Source: Macrostomum lignano (lineage: Eukaryota). From it: a DNA stretch of 64,000 nucleotides. Location: contig NIVC01000667.1 in assembly GCA_002269645.1 (NCBI GenBank), positions 248,001 through 312,000 of the forward strand. Reading direction: 5' to 3'. The first letter of the stretch is position 1. Each line of letters begins with the position of its first letter. The notes below the pieces were generated by a model. The model saw only the letters and a program-made list of their open reading frames with translations. It ran no database searches and had not been told where the DNA came from. The position numbers and the translations under genes are program-made. Below, piece after piece: positions 13,410-26,156 of the stretch.

Positions 13410-14739
13410 GCCGGGACAGTCCGCTGCCAGCTGTTCGTGTTCGACAAGTGCAGCAAGTCCGTGAGGGACTGCGGCTGCTCCAGGAGAAGCCGAGTGTTCT
13501 TGAAGCGCTGTGTCTGTCTGGCTACGAAGACGACCTCGAGAAAGCTGGTCAGTGCAGTGACAGAAGTTGCAAGTCAGAGAGCGGTTTGGTGATCATGGCG
13601 GACGCGTGACGCGGACCCCGGGCAGTGGGGATCCAAGCGGAGGCTAAAGCTGGGCAACGTAAATGTCGACTCCAGGCTGTGGGATGGCGGCGAGTCCAAC
13701 AACGAGGCAGGTGGCACCGAGAACGCTATTTTTGCCTGTACTGCCTTGGGAGACGCGGAGCTGTCCAGAATCCACCACAGAGTCGGTCTGTGCGAGTGCT
13801 GGTTGCCCTTTGACTGATAGAGAGGGGAAGTTCGTCCTGCCCTGTGCGCCGATCCATTGACAGAACGCCTCTCTCTGTACGCTCAGCGTCCAAGACTTAA
13901 CGAACTGCAAAATAAAGAAGCATGCTTGGCCCACGGTATAAGCGGTTTAAACAAGCCCCATCAAAGTTTTGTTTTTCAAATGCAAACCTTTAGTTTAGAA
14001 CGAGTCACGAACTTGGAATTCCGTCAAAAATTGATGGTAAATGGTCCCTTTTCAATCATAACAGCGTCTTCGCACTAACCTAGGTGTGCGGCCTTCTCTT
14101 CAGCTAAAAGTGAAACCCAAAAAGACTTCATATTTGTGTACAGCTTGGCCATAGACAAAGCATCTAAACGAGCCTAAGACCTTTATCACCATAATTCGCA
14201 AGTTTACCGTCCAGAGAGATGAAAAAGTCCTTGAGGTCATCTCTGTTTGTTTAAAGATCGATAAATCAATAAAATCAATAAATTATAAAACGAGAGAGGC
14301 TGTTATAACAAAATTTCAAACTCCAAGTGTATCTTTTTTACCGAGTTGATTTTAAATACTGATTTAATTGGATGAGGCGTTTTTGCAACTTGGATAACTT
14401 CTAAGAAAAATGACAATAGAATCGTAAATTCGGAACATTAACTGATAAAACAGCTGCTGAGCTAATTTCAAGACACCTAACCGGGCCTACTCAGAAAACG
14501 GCAGGTGTGTTTTCAGGGGTTTTAATAATTTCGTAACTATTAGCTGACTATATTTTATTGCCTAGCATGATAAGCATTAATTAAACAATGAGAGCCGGTC
14601 ACCTGCTGTTGGGAGTCCATATCAATTTAGCTACCAACTAGGACAAACAATAAAAGCAAATCCATTAAATTGGCTCAGTTAGTTAATTAGATTTTTGTGT
14701 ATTTCAAGTTACAATCGAATACAAGCAGACAAAGCCAAC

Positions 14740-17700
14740 ATGAAAGTGCTGATCATAGCAATTATCGCCTGTTTTGTGAATGCTTCGCTTGCTGGTGAGT
14801 TACTCAATACCCGACTCATCTACCTGATCCCTACCTGACTCATCTACCTGATCCCTACCTGACTCATCTACCTGATCCCTACCTGACTCATCAACCTGAT
14901 CCCTACCTGACTCATCAACCTCATTCCTACCCGACTCATCTACCTGATCCCTACCTGACTCATCAACCTGATCCCTATCTGACTCATCAACCTGATCCCT
15001 ACCTGACTCATCTACCTGATCCCTACCCGACTCATCTACCTGATCCCTACCTGACTCATCTACCTGATCCCTACCCGACTCATCTACCTGATGCATACCT
15101 GACTCATCAACCTGATCCCTACCTGACTCATCAACCTCATTCCTACCCGACTCATCTACCTGATCCCTACCTGACTCATCTACCTGATCCCTATCTGACT
15201 CATCAACCTGATCCCTACCCGACTCATCAACCTCATTCCTACCCGACTCATCTACCTGATCCCTACCTGACTCATCAACCTGATCCCTATCTGACTCATC
15301 AACCTGATCCCTACCCGACTCATCAACCTCATTCCTACCTGACTCATCAACCTGATCCCTACCTGATTCATCAACCTGATCCCTACCTGACTCATCAACC
15401 TGATCCCTACCTGACTCATCAACCTGATCCCTACCTGACTCATCAACCTCATTCCTACCTGACTCATCAACCTGATCCCTATCTGACTCATCAACCTGAT
15501 CCCTACCTGACTCATCAACCTGATCCCTACCTGACTCATCAACCTGATCCCTACCTGACTCATCAACCTGATCCCTACCTGACTCATCAACCTGATCCCT
15601 ATCTGACTCATCAACCTCATTCCTACCCGACTCATCAACCTGATCCCTACCTGACTCATCAACCTGATCCCTACCTGACTCATCAACCTGATGCCTACCT
15701 GACGCATCAACCTGATCCCTACCTGACTCATCAACCTGATCCCTACCCGACTCATCAACCTGATCCCTACCTGACTCATCTACCTGATCCCTACCTGACT
15801 CATCTACCTGATCCCTACCTGACTCATCTACCTGATCCCTACCTGACTCATCAACCTGATCCCTACCTGACTCATCAACCTGATCCCTACCTGACTCATC
15901 AACCTGATCCCTACCTGACTCATCAACCTGATCCCTACCTGACTCATCAACCTGATCCCTACCCGACTCATCAACCTGATCCCTACCTGACTCATCTACC
16001 TGATCCCTACCTAAGATTTCCTCACCTTAAAGCGCATAGCACGAGCTACGAGCGAAATTCTCATCACCTGACAGACCACCAGCACGAGCGCGACGCCATC
16101 AATTACCTGACCGGCCGTATCCCGGAGCTCCGCTCAAAGCACTCGCCCAGCGGCTCCGCCTGGACTAGCGCCATGTACAAGATCGTCAGGGAGCTGGACG
16201 AGAGCGCCGAGTTCCGCGACATCCTGGCCGCCAAGCCCGAGAAGCTGGAGGCTGAGCCGCTTGCCGACAGCGCACCGTTCAGCTGCCAGCTGGACCGGTC
16301 GCCAAGCCGGCCGACCTCCGTGCACCGACTGCGACCTGGCGACATCGACGTCATCGGCGCCATGGGAGACTCGCTGACCGCCGCCAACGGCGCCCTGGCC
16401 ACCAGCATCCTGGGACTGCTGACCGAGTACCGCGGCTACGCCTGGAGGTTCGTTGATTATCCTTCTAATCCACTTTCTGACCCTGCATGCACTTGACCCA
16501 TTTAACCATTTGACCTACCTACGAGTATATGAAATTTGTACATCTGTGGTGTAATTTGGATAGTTAGTCTGATGGCAGTTAGGAACAAGTTACCAGTATT
16601 TACAGAACAAATGACATTGCTAAGGCGGTGAATTTAAACTTCCGTGTTCTCCCCCATCAGTGCCAGCCAACATGCCTTACAAATATAGAAAATCAGAGAC
16701 GCTGGAACGCCACTATGTCCATGCGGTTTTTCCTTACATGATAGCCTTGCGCATTAACATCGAATGCACATAGCACTAAAACCTTTTTTAGCATCGGTGG
16801 GCAGGTCTCGCTCAGTCAGCACACCACTCTCGCTAGTAAGCTAATCCTTCATTCTACTTGTTTGATGCTACGAGTGTTCAGTAGAACGACCTGTGCGTAG
16901 CCAAAGCCCTCATTTGTTTTCAGACGTGCTGAGGCAGAGCAATAACAACCTGTACGGCCACTCCACTGGTTCCGGTTCCGTTCACAACCGCAACTCGGTG
17001 CTCAATGTGGCCGTGCCAGGCAACGTTGCTTCGTGAGTGACGCTCAAGTTCGGTGTTTTATATCCACTGAAACTTCTCTAAATGTTCAAATTATTTGATG
17101 CCAACTTGAAAACATTGCATGCAGCCACATGCCCGGTCAGGCTAAACTGCTGGTCAGCAAGCTGCAGTCTGACCCAAATGTGAACTTCAACAACGATTGG
17201 AAGCTCATCACCCTGTTCATTGGTGGCAACGATGTGTGCAACTACTGCAAAGACAAGGCAAGAGAAATATACATTCTTTGGGTTGGTTTATGCTGTCTAC
17301 AACTCTAGTAACCTGACTGCACATTCTGTAATATCTAATGAGCAGAAACTCACTCATCGAACATCTTCAGAGGGAGTTCAGCGCTGACAACTACATCAAG
17401 CACATCCGCGAAGCTCTTGATTATCTACACGCCAATGTGCCCAAAGCTTTCGTCAATGTTGCTGAACTTCTGGATGTCTCCCTGGTCAAGGAGCTCAAGG
17501 ACGGCAGCTCGATTTGCAACGTGCTTCAGGGCTCCCTGCTGTGCAGATGTGGCGCCTTCCCGGAGAACGAGGCCGAGGAGCGCGAGGTTCAGGCCATCAT
17601 CGGCGAGTACCAGAGCCGACTGCGTCAGCTGGTCGACTCTGGTCGATACGACACTCGCGAGGACTTCACCGTGGTGAACCAGCCGTTCTTCAAAAACAGC

Positions 17701-18146
17701 AAGCCGCCGAAGATCAACGTGAGTACCTGTTGTTTTAGTAGGCTAGTCTTTGTTCGAAAGTATTCTACATCATAAACAAAATCCCCCCTCTATCTGCAGG
17801 GCAAGTACGACCAGTCCTACTTCGCTCCTGACTGCTTCCACTTCAGCCGGAAGGGTCACGATGAGAGCGCCAAGGCTCTGTGGAACAACATGGTGAGTTT
17901 TTAAGTGCAACTTAAAAAATTGCAGACATACGACTTGAGCATAAGCAACATCAAACGACGCTCTTTTCAGATTGAACCAGTTGGCCAAAAGTCAACATCC
18001 TGGACTCCTGGTGGACCATTTAAGTGCCCGACTAGTGTAAGTTATTAAGATTACTGTTGTGCACTTTCAATCAAATTTATGGCTATTCTCAGATCTGCCT
18101 TCTCTTGTCACAGGCCCGGCCATACCTGTCCACTAGAAAGAACTGA
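14740..18146 (+). CDS. PLB1: Secreted phospholipase B1-like GDSL lipase, copy 2 (9 exons, 417 aa)
   Basis: Exons 14740-14794, 16075-16447, 16792-16835, 16924-17032, 17125-17257, 17371-17718, 17800-17892, 17971-18036, 18114-18146, each the same length as in copy 1. Intron 5 has a GC donor. GDSL, GGND and DCFH motifs are intact. Confidence 0.92.
14808..16012. repeat. 24-bp minisatellite, same unit as 7109-7724, in PLB copy 2 intron 1
   Basis: About 50 tandem copies with variant units (tcatctacc, aacctcatt, cccgac). Confidence 0.95.
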
Positions 18147-18870
18147 TGCTGCCTGATTAACTTCTTTGGCGCTTGACTGAAGACATCTGTCAGACTCACT
18201 CATGCACTGAGCTTTGTTTGGTCTATCAAAATACAACATAAATGTCCCAAAATAAACCAATGTTAAAGATTTTTACGCGTTCGAGGCGCCGTGTCCAGAA
18301 AGTGGTGCCAGAAGTTCGTGCATAACTGGTAAAGATTCGTATCTAGCGAATGTTTGTAAATGCTGGACCGGATTGAGAAAGAACCTGGGCCGAAATCTCT
18401 ACCGAGCCTCAACGAAAACTTCACGTACGGCAAGGTTCCGCCAGTTCCTCTTTGAGAAGAGGCCTCTGTCAGGAGTTTGAGCGCGTACCGCGTACCGAAT
18501 CGATTCCTGAACGATTATCTGAGGCTTTTCTGAGGCTTTTCTATTCGTGTCTTTGAAAGCAGGATGGATCATACTACGTGCCGAAGTCTCGCATCTGTTT
18601 TCGTGCGACCATTCAACGGCACCTGCAATCCCCGTCCGTCAATCTCGAGGTAAACATCATTACCGGAGAATCATTCAAGCGTTACAACGGAGTTCTTGTC
18701 ATCACGTCGTTTGTTACGTTTCCATTCTTTCCTAGAGCCAAATGCATCGGCTAATTTTTCGGCAACAATCTAAAACAGCCGGCAAATAGTTGAATTGTTG
18801 CCAAAAAGGCTTACTGCCGAAAAACATATAGACAAAAGCGTGCAATGGTAGGTTGTATACTATACAAGTG

Positions 18871-19068
18871 CATTGTAATTATACTTTTACCCAGACGCAA
18901 TGAAAAAATATTTTGGCCATTATTCCACAGTTTTGATGTGTACCAAAACCATCGCTCAGTATTTTTGTTAATAAATACAGAACAACAAGAAGTAAATGAA
19001 CAAAAAGGAAAAAATCATTAAAACTAAAGTACCAGCTACACGAAAAGAGTTAATAATAAATGTCACAG
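18871..19068 (+). repeat. Partial direct copy of the palindrome's outer ~200-bp segment
   Basis: cattgtaattatacttttacccagacgc...taataataaatgtcacag matches 23612-23826 directly and 25407-25621 in inverted orientation. Confidence 0.85.
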
Positions 19069-19172
19069 TGTGATGTCAAATTGACACAATGTCAAAGTGT
19101 GGCTACGCGCACGAGTGTCTATGGCCATTATTCAACGAAGTTGCATACTATACTATCTACCATTGTACTTAC

Positions 19173-22100
19173 TGTTGTATCGTGACTTGACTTGAAGTGC
19201 GCAGTGTGGGGCTGCACCCCAATTGTTATTGGCGCTGAGTTTAGGACTGCTTGCTCTCTCCCCGCCTGCTCTGTCTGTCAATGTACGCTTATGCCTAACC
19301 GTCTAATCTATTAGCTGATGCTTTACTCGTATCTGCATGTACATCTATGTGCAATGCCAACTACAATAAATAACAACCTCTCGCCCATTTGCGGCTCAAG
19401 TTTGGCTAGCCAGCCACGACACGACAATGGCGTCGCAAGCAGCCAGTGAATTACCTCTCAATGATCCAGCCATGGCTGAGGCCTGGCTGCAAAGTTTTGA
19501 AGCACTGTGCAGGCACAAAAAACTGCAAGATACAAACGAAGAGAAGCAGGTGACAGACCTCTTCCTTGCTCGAGCAGGAATCAATGCAGTCCGATCCGTC
19601 TCTATCATGGCAAAGCCGAAAAACATTGAGGATATGACCTTCAAGGACATCAAGAAAATGATCATCGGGCGACTCCAGCCCAAAAAGAAACTGGTGATTG
19701 CAGAGCGCACAAGGTTCATGTCCCAGCGGCAGCTGTCAACAGAGTCGGCCCAGCAGTTCGCGGAGCGCTTGAGAGACGCGGCAAAGCACTGTGAGTTTGA
19801 CAAGCTCAACGAAAAAGACTGCAAACAGTCAGCCGAGGATGACTTGATCCAAACACTGCTGATCAGCGGCTTGTGCGACCACAGCCAGCGGACTAAAACA
19901 CTTGAGCACATTCAGAGCTCTGAGAATCCAGTGACTCTGGACACGTGTCTGCAGTACATCCAGCAGTTAGAGCTCATCCAGAGCTACAGCTCAAGCGACC
20001 GATCTGCTGAAGCCCGAGAGCCTAGCAGAAGCTCCGAGACGGCTGAGAGTTCGACACCAGTTGCCAGCATCGACAGGAACCGCAATAGCGGTGCTCAGTG
20101 CAGGTCGTGTGGTCTGCAGCACCAGCCAGGCAAATGCCCTGCATTCGGGAAGACCTGTAACAAGTGCCACCGCAGGAACCACTTTGCTGCAGTCTGCAGG
20201 AGCAGCGCCAAGTCCAAGTCGGTTGCACCTGCCCATGAAATCGACACGAGTGAGTGTGAGCAGGCAGGCATCTACACCATCGTCGGCAACGAGAGCGGAA
20301 GCGGCAGCATAAAAACTGTGCTCATTGAAGGCAAGCCGTTCAAAATGCAGCTCGACTCTGGATCCGGTGCGAGCATCATTCCGATAAACTTCTGGAGGAG
20401 CCTCGGTGAGCCCAAGCTACGAAAGTCCAAGCTGAGACTGCGACAATTTGACGGAACGGTCATCAGAACTAGAGGATGCTTCACGGCGCTCATCGAAGTC
20501 GGGAGACAAATCGCCTGTGCGGACGCGACGGTCACCGAATGCACAAAGGAGCACGGCCTCATCGGAACAGACGTGCTGGACTTCAAGCTGGACACAGCGA
20601 CTGTCAATCAAGTGGAGCGCAGCAGCAAACCGCTAGGCAAGCTCAAAGGTTTCCGTGCTCGGGTCCTGCTCAGGGAGAACGCTCAGCCCAGCTTCTTCGA
20701 TGCCCGGCCGCTCCCGATTCATCTCAAGCCGCTGGTGGTGGCTAAGCTGCGGACGATGATCGACGCCGGGATCCTCGAGCCCGTGCCGCCAGGCGGCAGC
20801 AGTTGGGCATCGCCCATTGTGGTGGTGCGCAAGGCCGACGGAGACCTGAGAATCTGCTCCGACTACAAGGTCGGGGTGAACCCGAAGATCTGCTCTGAAG
20901 CCTACCCACTGCCCAACATCGAGCAAGCCTTCAGTGCCCTGGCAGGTATGAAGCACTTCGCAATTGTAGACTTAACAAATGCCTACAACCAGATTGAGCT
21001 AGACGAGGCCTCCAGAGAAATACTCACCATCAACACGCCCCTAGGCCTGCTCAGATGGACGCGCATGCCATACGGGGTGAAGACGGCCAGTGCGCAGTTC
21101 CAGGCTGCCATGGAGGCAACGCGTCATGCATGGCGGTGCGGTCAGCAACCTGGTGATCTACCAAGACGACATGTGCGTTGGCGCCACCACAGCGGACGAA
21201 TTGGACAGCAAAGTCCGGGACCTGCTGAGAGCGCTTTCTGATGCCGGCATGTCAATCAACGAAAAAAAGTGCGTTTTCCGCAGCACGGAAATCAGTTTCC
21301 TTGGCTACCGCATCGCGGCTGACGGCGTGCGCCCTGATCGGAAGCTGGTGGAGAAAATCCTCGGCGTGAGCACCCCGGCGAGCAAAAAGGAACTCGAATC
21401 GTTTCTAGGAATGACGGTGTACTACTCGCGCTACATCAAGTCCTACTCGGAGAAGACCGAGCCGCTGACCGAGCTGCGGAGCAAGAAAGTCGCGTTCCAT
21501 TGGGGACCTCGGCAGCAGAAAGCGTTTGACGAGCTCAAGCAGGCGCTTGCAGCTTCCCCAGTGGTCCGAATCTTCGATGCAAGAAAGCGCACAACTCTGA
21601 CTACTGACGCCAGCGAAAAGGCCATAGCAGCAATCCTCTCTCAGGACGAGCACCCAGTGATGTACCTGTCAAGACGGCTGACACCGGCTGAGAGAAATTA
21701 CTCGAATATCGAGCGAGAGGCCCTGGCTGTGGTGTGGGCCACTCAGAGAGCCAGACACTTTCTTCTCGGCAGCAAGTTTGTGCTCCAGTGCGATCATCAA
21801 CCATTGGAGTTCATTTTTAGTCCGTCTCGGGAGCTTCCAAAGGTCACATCGGCTAGGATCATGCGCTGGGCGTTGCAGCTGTCGGCCTTCGACTACGAAA
21901 TCTCGTACATCAAGGGCAGCTGCATCCCGCATGTCGACGCGCTGTCTCGAATTGAATTCAAGGAGGAAGGCGATGGAGACGACTGCCAGGAAAGCTTCGT
22001 TCACTGGACAGAGACGGAGGTGCTCAAGCTGGAGCAGATCAGAGACGCCACTGACAATGACCCGGTGCTCGCCAGCGTCAAGCGCAGGATCCGCAGCAAT

Positions 22101-23586
22101 GCGTGGAACAACTGCTCGGCAGCGGAGCGACCGTATAAAGCCGTCCGCCAGCAGCTCTCAGTGGAGAATGGCGTCGTCTGCCTGAGAGACCTGGTGGTCC
22201 CGCCTAGCCGGCTGCGGCAAGACGTGCTGCGAGCGGCTCACGGCGACTCGCACTGCGGTGCCCTAGCGACAAGAAATCGACTCAAGCTGGAAGCCTGGTG
22301 GCCGGGTCACTGCGAGGACGTCGAAAACTTCGTCAAGCAATGCCAGCGATGCGCGGAGATCCGTCCAATGCCTGCCAGAACGTGCCACACCTGGCCGGCT
22401 GAAGATGGTCCCTGGAGACGCGTGCACATGGACCATGCTCACGTTCCCGGTTTCGGCCTGCTGCTCATTGTGGTGGACGCCTTCTCCGGCTGGCCGGAAG
22501 CGGTGCCTGTTGCCGACAAGAGCGCGACGACGGTCATCAAGGTACTCCGCCTGATTTTCTCCCGCCTGGGTGTGCCGCATACCTTGGTGGCGGACAATGC
22601 TCCGGAGTTCCGTGACCAGCAGCTGCACGAGTGGCTCAAGAAGATCGGCTGCTCGCCGATGCACTCGCCGCCGTATCATCCGCAGTCAAACGGGTGCGCC
22701 GAGCGCATGGTCCAGACCGTCAAGAAGGGGCTGCGGGCCTTCGCCGTGCACCAGGGCCGGTTCGACGCGTACCTCGCCAAGCTGCTGCTTAACTACCGGG
22801 CCACTCCGCGGGGCGACGGGCGTGGCAGTCCATCTGCGCTTATGGGGCGACAGCTGCGAAGTCCGCTGACCCTCCAATTCGACACCGATGCGCCGCTCGT
22901 CTACCAGTCGCGGCCAGGGGGGCCGGCTGAGACCGTCCGCTTTGTGGTACAGGCCGGCCACAACACGGCCGTGGTCACCCGGGACAAGGATGACAGGCCT
23001 GTGCTGGCACACCGGGATCAGCTGCGCTTGCGTCCGAGTCCAAGCCGGGCGGAAGTTACGGACAACACTGACGACAGCGGCCGGGACCCTGACGATGCCG
23101 GCTGGAGCCCTGACGACGGCGACCGGAACCCTGACGAAGGCGGCCGGAACCCTGACGAAGGCGGCCGGAACCCTGACGAAGGCGGCCGGAACCCGGAACC
23201 TGATAGCCAGCGGCCAGACGCAGCGGCACCACCGCAGCAGGCCGCTGAAGCTACACCGGAGCCCCGACGAAGCTGCAGGTCGACCAAAGGGGTCGCCCCA
23301 GACCGACTGTCTCCTCGTTGGTGATGAGGGGATGTTGTATCGTGACTTGACTTGAAGTGCGCAGTGTGGGGCTGCACCCCAATTGTTATTGGCGCTGAGT
23401 TTAGGACTGCTTGCTCTCTCCCCGCCTGCTCTGTCTGTCAATGTACGCTTATGCCTAACCGTCTAATCTATTAGCTGATGCTTTACTCGTATCTGCATGT
23501 ACATCTATGTGCAATGCCAACTACAATAAATAACAACCTCTCGCCCATTTGCGGCTCAAGTTTGGCTAGCCAGCCACGACACGACA
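19173..23586 (+). mobile_element. Full-length Ty3/Gypsy LTR retrotransposon (Mag-like), 4414 bp
   Basis: 254-bp LTRs at 19173-19426 and 23333-23586 (TG...CA, no difference found by eye); 5-bp TSD CTTAC at 19168-19172 and 23587-23591; PBS TGGCGTCGCAAGCAG at 19428; PPT-like GATGAGGGGA before the 3' LTR. Confidence 0.97.
19427..23324 (+). CDS. Gag-Pol polyprotein (Gag with two Cys-His knuckles, PR, RT, RNase H, IN) interrupted by one +1 frameshift in RT
   Basis: CRSCGLQH...C and CNKCHRRNHFAAVC knuckles; protease LDSGS; RT YQDD; RNase H TDAS...EREALA...DHQPL...DALSR; integrase HHCC and D,D35E. Removing one G at 21115-21116 joins ORFs 19427-21241 and 21090-23324 into 1298 aa. Domain order PR-RT-RH-IN is the Gypsy order. 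Confidence 0.93.
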
Positions 23587-23611
23587 CTTACACTTTCACT
23601 CAGCGCTCAGT

Positions 23612-25621
23612 CATTGTAATTATACTTTTACCCAGACGCAATGAAAAAATATTTTGGCCATTATTCCACAGTTTTGATGTGTACCATAGACATTTGGATT
23701 GAAAAAATCCATCGTACAGTATTTTTGTTAATAAATACGAACAACAAGGAGTAAATGATCAAAAAGGAAAAATCATTAAAACTAAAGTACCAGCTACACG
23801 AAAAGAGTTAATAATAAATGTCACAGCTAGTGCAGTTTATCAGTTTGTAGTCGAAATTTGACAATGTGAAAATCAATTTGTCACCCAAAGTGAAACATGC
23901 ACAGTTCTCAAAGCCGCAGTTTCCAAAGATGCTCGACACTTTAGCCTGATGATTTGGCACTGCAAAAGGAGTTGTTCTATGTTGAATGTTTTCTATGAAA
24001 GAGAAATACAGGTGCTCAAGTATAGTTGCCGAACTTACCATTTGAAAGATGCACGTCTTGGTTAAGTTGGCATGCGACTGATGAGCTTCGTCTGATGAGC
24101 TTCTTTGGTACCGCAGTATCCAAGCTGGGATTCTTTGGGACTGTCGGCTGCTCGACTGAATCGATTGGCCGCTTTGAGGCATCGTTTATAGCCGTCGAGG
24201 CGTTGAAGACTGCATGGTCGCGTCTTCTTCCTAGGTAGCGCCGCACGGTTCGTTCAGTCGTCGACAGGAAGATTTTTCCAATTAATAAGCGCGGTTGTTT
24301 GACGAGATGCACCAGCCATGGTTGTTTGACAAGACAAATAGCTTTTTCTCCCACTACTCGCTTTCCTGATTTCTTGCAAGACGCAAGCAAAATCAGCAAT
24401 CATCAGTGTTGTCTATGGTCAAACTAAGCCACACAACTCAGTCTTCTATGGGTAAAACAACTCTTAAAACAGCCAATTGAAGCATGATAAAAAGTGTGGA
24501 ATAATGGCCGCAAAAGTGTGGAATAATGGCCGCAAAAGTGTGGAATAATGACTGAGCGCTGAGCGAAAGTATAAATACAATGCACTTGTATAGTATGCAA
24601 CTTCGTTGAATAATGGCCATAGACACTCGTGCGCTACGCGCACTCGAGTTTTGGCCATTATTCAACTCAGTTGCATACTATACAATCTACCATTATTCCA
24701 CACTTTTACGGCCATTTTTCCACACTTTTGTCGCTGTCATTATTCCAAACTTTTTTATCATGCTTCAATTGGCTGTTTTAAGAGTTATTTTACCCATAGA
24801 CCACTGAGTTCTTGGTTTGACCATAGACACTGTGATGAGTGCTGATTTCGCTTGCGTCTTGTAAGAAATCAGGAAAGCGTGTAGTGCGAGAAAAAGCTAT
24901 TTGTCTTGTCAAACAACCATGGCTGGTGCATCTCGTCAAACAACCGCGCTTATTAATTGGAAAAATCTTCCTGTCGACGACTGAACGAACCGTGCGGCGC
25001 TACCTAGGAAGAAGACGCGACCATGCAGTCTTCAACGCCTCGACGGCTATAAGCGATGCCTCAAAGCGGCCAATAGATTTAGTCGAGCAGCCGACAGTTC
25101 CAAAGAATCCCAGCTTGGATACTGCGGTACCAAAGAAGCTCATCAAACGAAGCTTATCAGTCGCAAGCCAACCAAGACGTGCATCTTTCAAATTGTAAGT
25201 TCGGCAACTATACTTAAGCACCTGTATTTCTCTTTTATAGAAAACATTCAACATAGAACAACTCCTTTTGCAGTGCCAAATCATCAGGCTAAAGTGTCGA
25301 GCATCTTTGGAAACTGCGGCTTTGAGAACTGTGCATGTTTCACTTTGGGTGACAAATTGATTTTCACATTGTCAAATTTCGACTACAAACTGATAAACTG
25401 CACTAGCTGTGACATTTATTATTAACTCTTTTCGTGTAGCTGGTACTTTAGTTTTAATGATTTTTCCTTTTTGATCATTTACTCCTTGCTGTTATGTATT
25501 TATTAACAAAATACTGTGCGATGATTTTTTTCAATCCAAATGTCTATGGTACACATCAAAACTGTGGAATAATGGCCAAAATATTTTGTTATTGCATCTG
25601 GGTAAAAGTATAATTACAATG
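23612..25621. repeat. ~2-kb imperfect palindrome (arms ~1 kb, 3-nt centre at 24635-24637)
   Basis: 23612-24634 is the reverse complement of 24638-25621 with scattered substitutions and indels; centre GTGCGC-TAC-GCGCAC. Confidence 0.93.
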
Positions 25622-26156
25622 CAGAAATTTTCGGGCTGAGTTTTGGAGTTGCGTAGATAACGTCTATGGTCAAGTCTGTTTCCATCTCTCTCCCCTCTCC
25701 CTCTCTCTCCAAGGGTAGAAGAGTTGAGCCATAGACTAAATTTCAGGAGAAGCTGGGACTAATTGTTCACTTAAATCTGGGAAGGGACAATGTATGATTA
25801 TCAAGAGGTCACGATTACCGGCCGAGACGCGGTAAGGCAGTTGTGTGTGAGGCGTGAACTCTCGATAGTGGAATTGTGTTTAGTTTCGTCCAAAAACCAA
25901 TTCAAAACGGCTAGGACACAACTTCCCAGACGGGAATTGTTCACTCAGTGATTCTAGGAATTTGTGTCATAGGCATTTTCCACTTGGCGCAAGCCAAATG
26001 ATGGCCATAGACTAAACGTCTCGAACGAAAGTTAAGCGGAACAGTCTGAAATTACCATAGACGAAACATGTTAAATGAAGTTGTGGTCTTATAAGCAGGA
26101 ACTCTGCAGCAGAGTATACATGTTCCTGTTTCTTCTGTTTGCCCTAACCTCTATTT

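Larger units (their letters stand above)
19107..24634. mobile_element. Non-autonomous TIR element (~1.1 kb once the nested LTR element is removed); left arm of the palindrome
   Basis: The empty-site sequence 19107-19172 + 23592-23615 (GCGCACGAGTGTCTATGGCCATTATTCAACGAAGTTGCATACTATA...CTCAGCGCTCAGTCATT) is an inverted match to 24546-24634. TAC lies on both sides (19104-19106, 24635-24637). Superfamily not determined. Confidence 0.6.

Noticed and set aside
7109-16012. CRISPR-like appearance of regular 24-30-bp repeats
   Set aside because: Units are contiguous with no unique spacers, there are no cas genes, and the DNA is eukaryotic.
21090-21241. Programmed gag-pol frameshift
   Set aside because: The break lies inside RT just before YQDD, not at the Gag/PR boundary, and has no slippery heptamer. 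One extra G explains it as a mutation or sequencing error.
19396-23441. Antisense and alternative-frame ORFs over the retrotransposon, PLB, RPS18, CA and CPEB exons
   Set aside because: These are expected shadows of GC-rich coding sequence with no independent signals.
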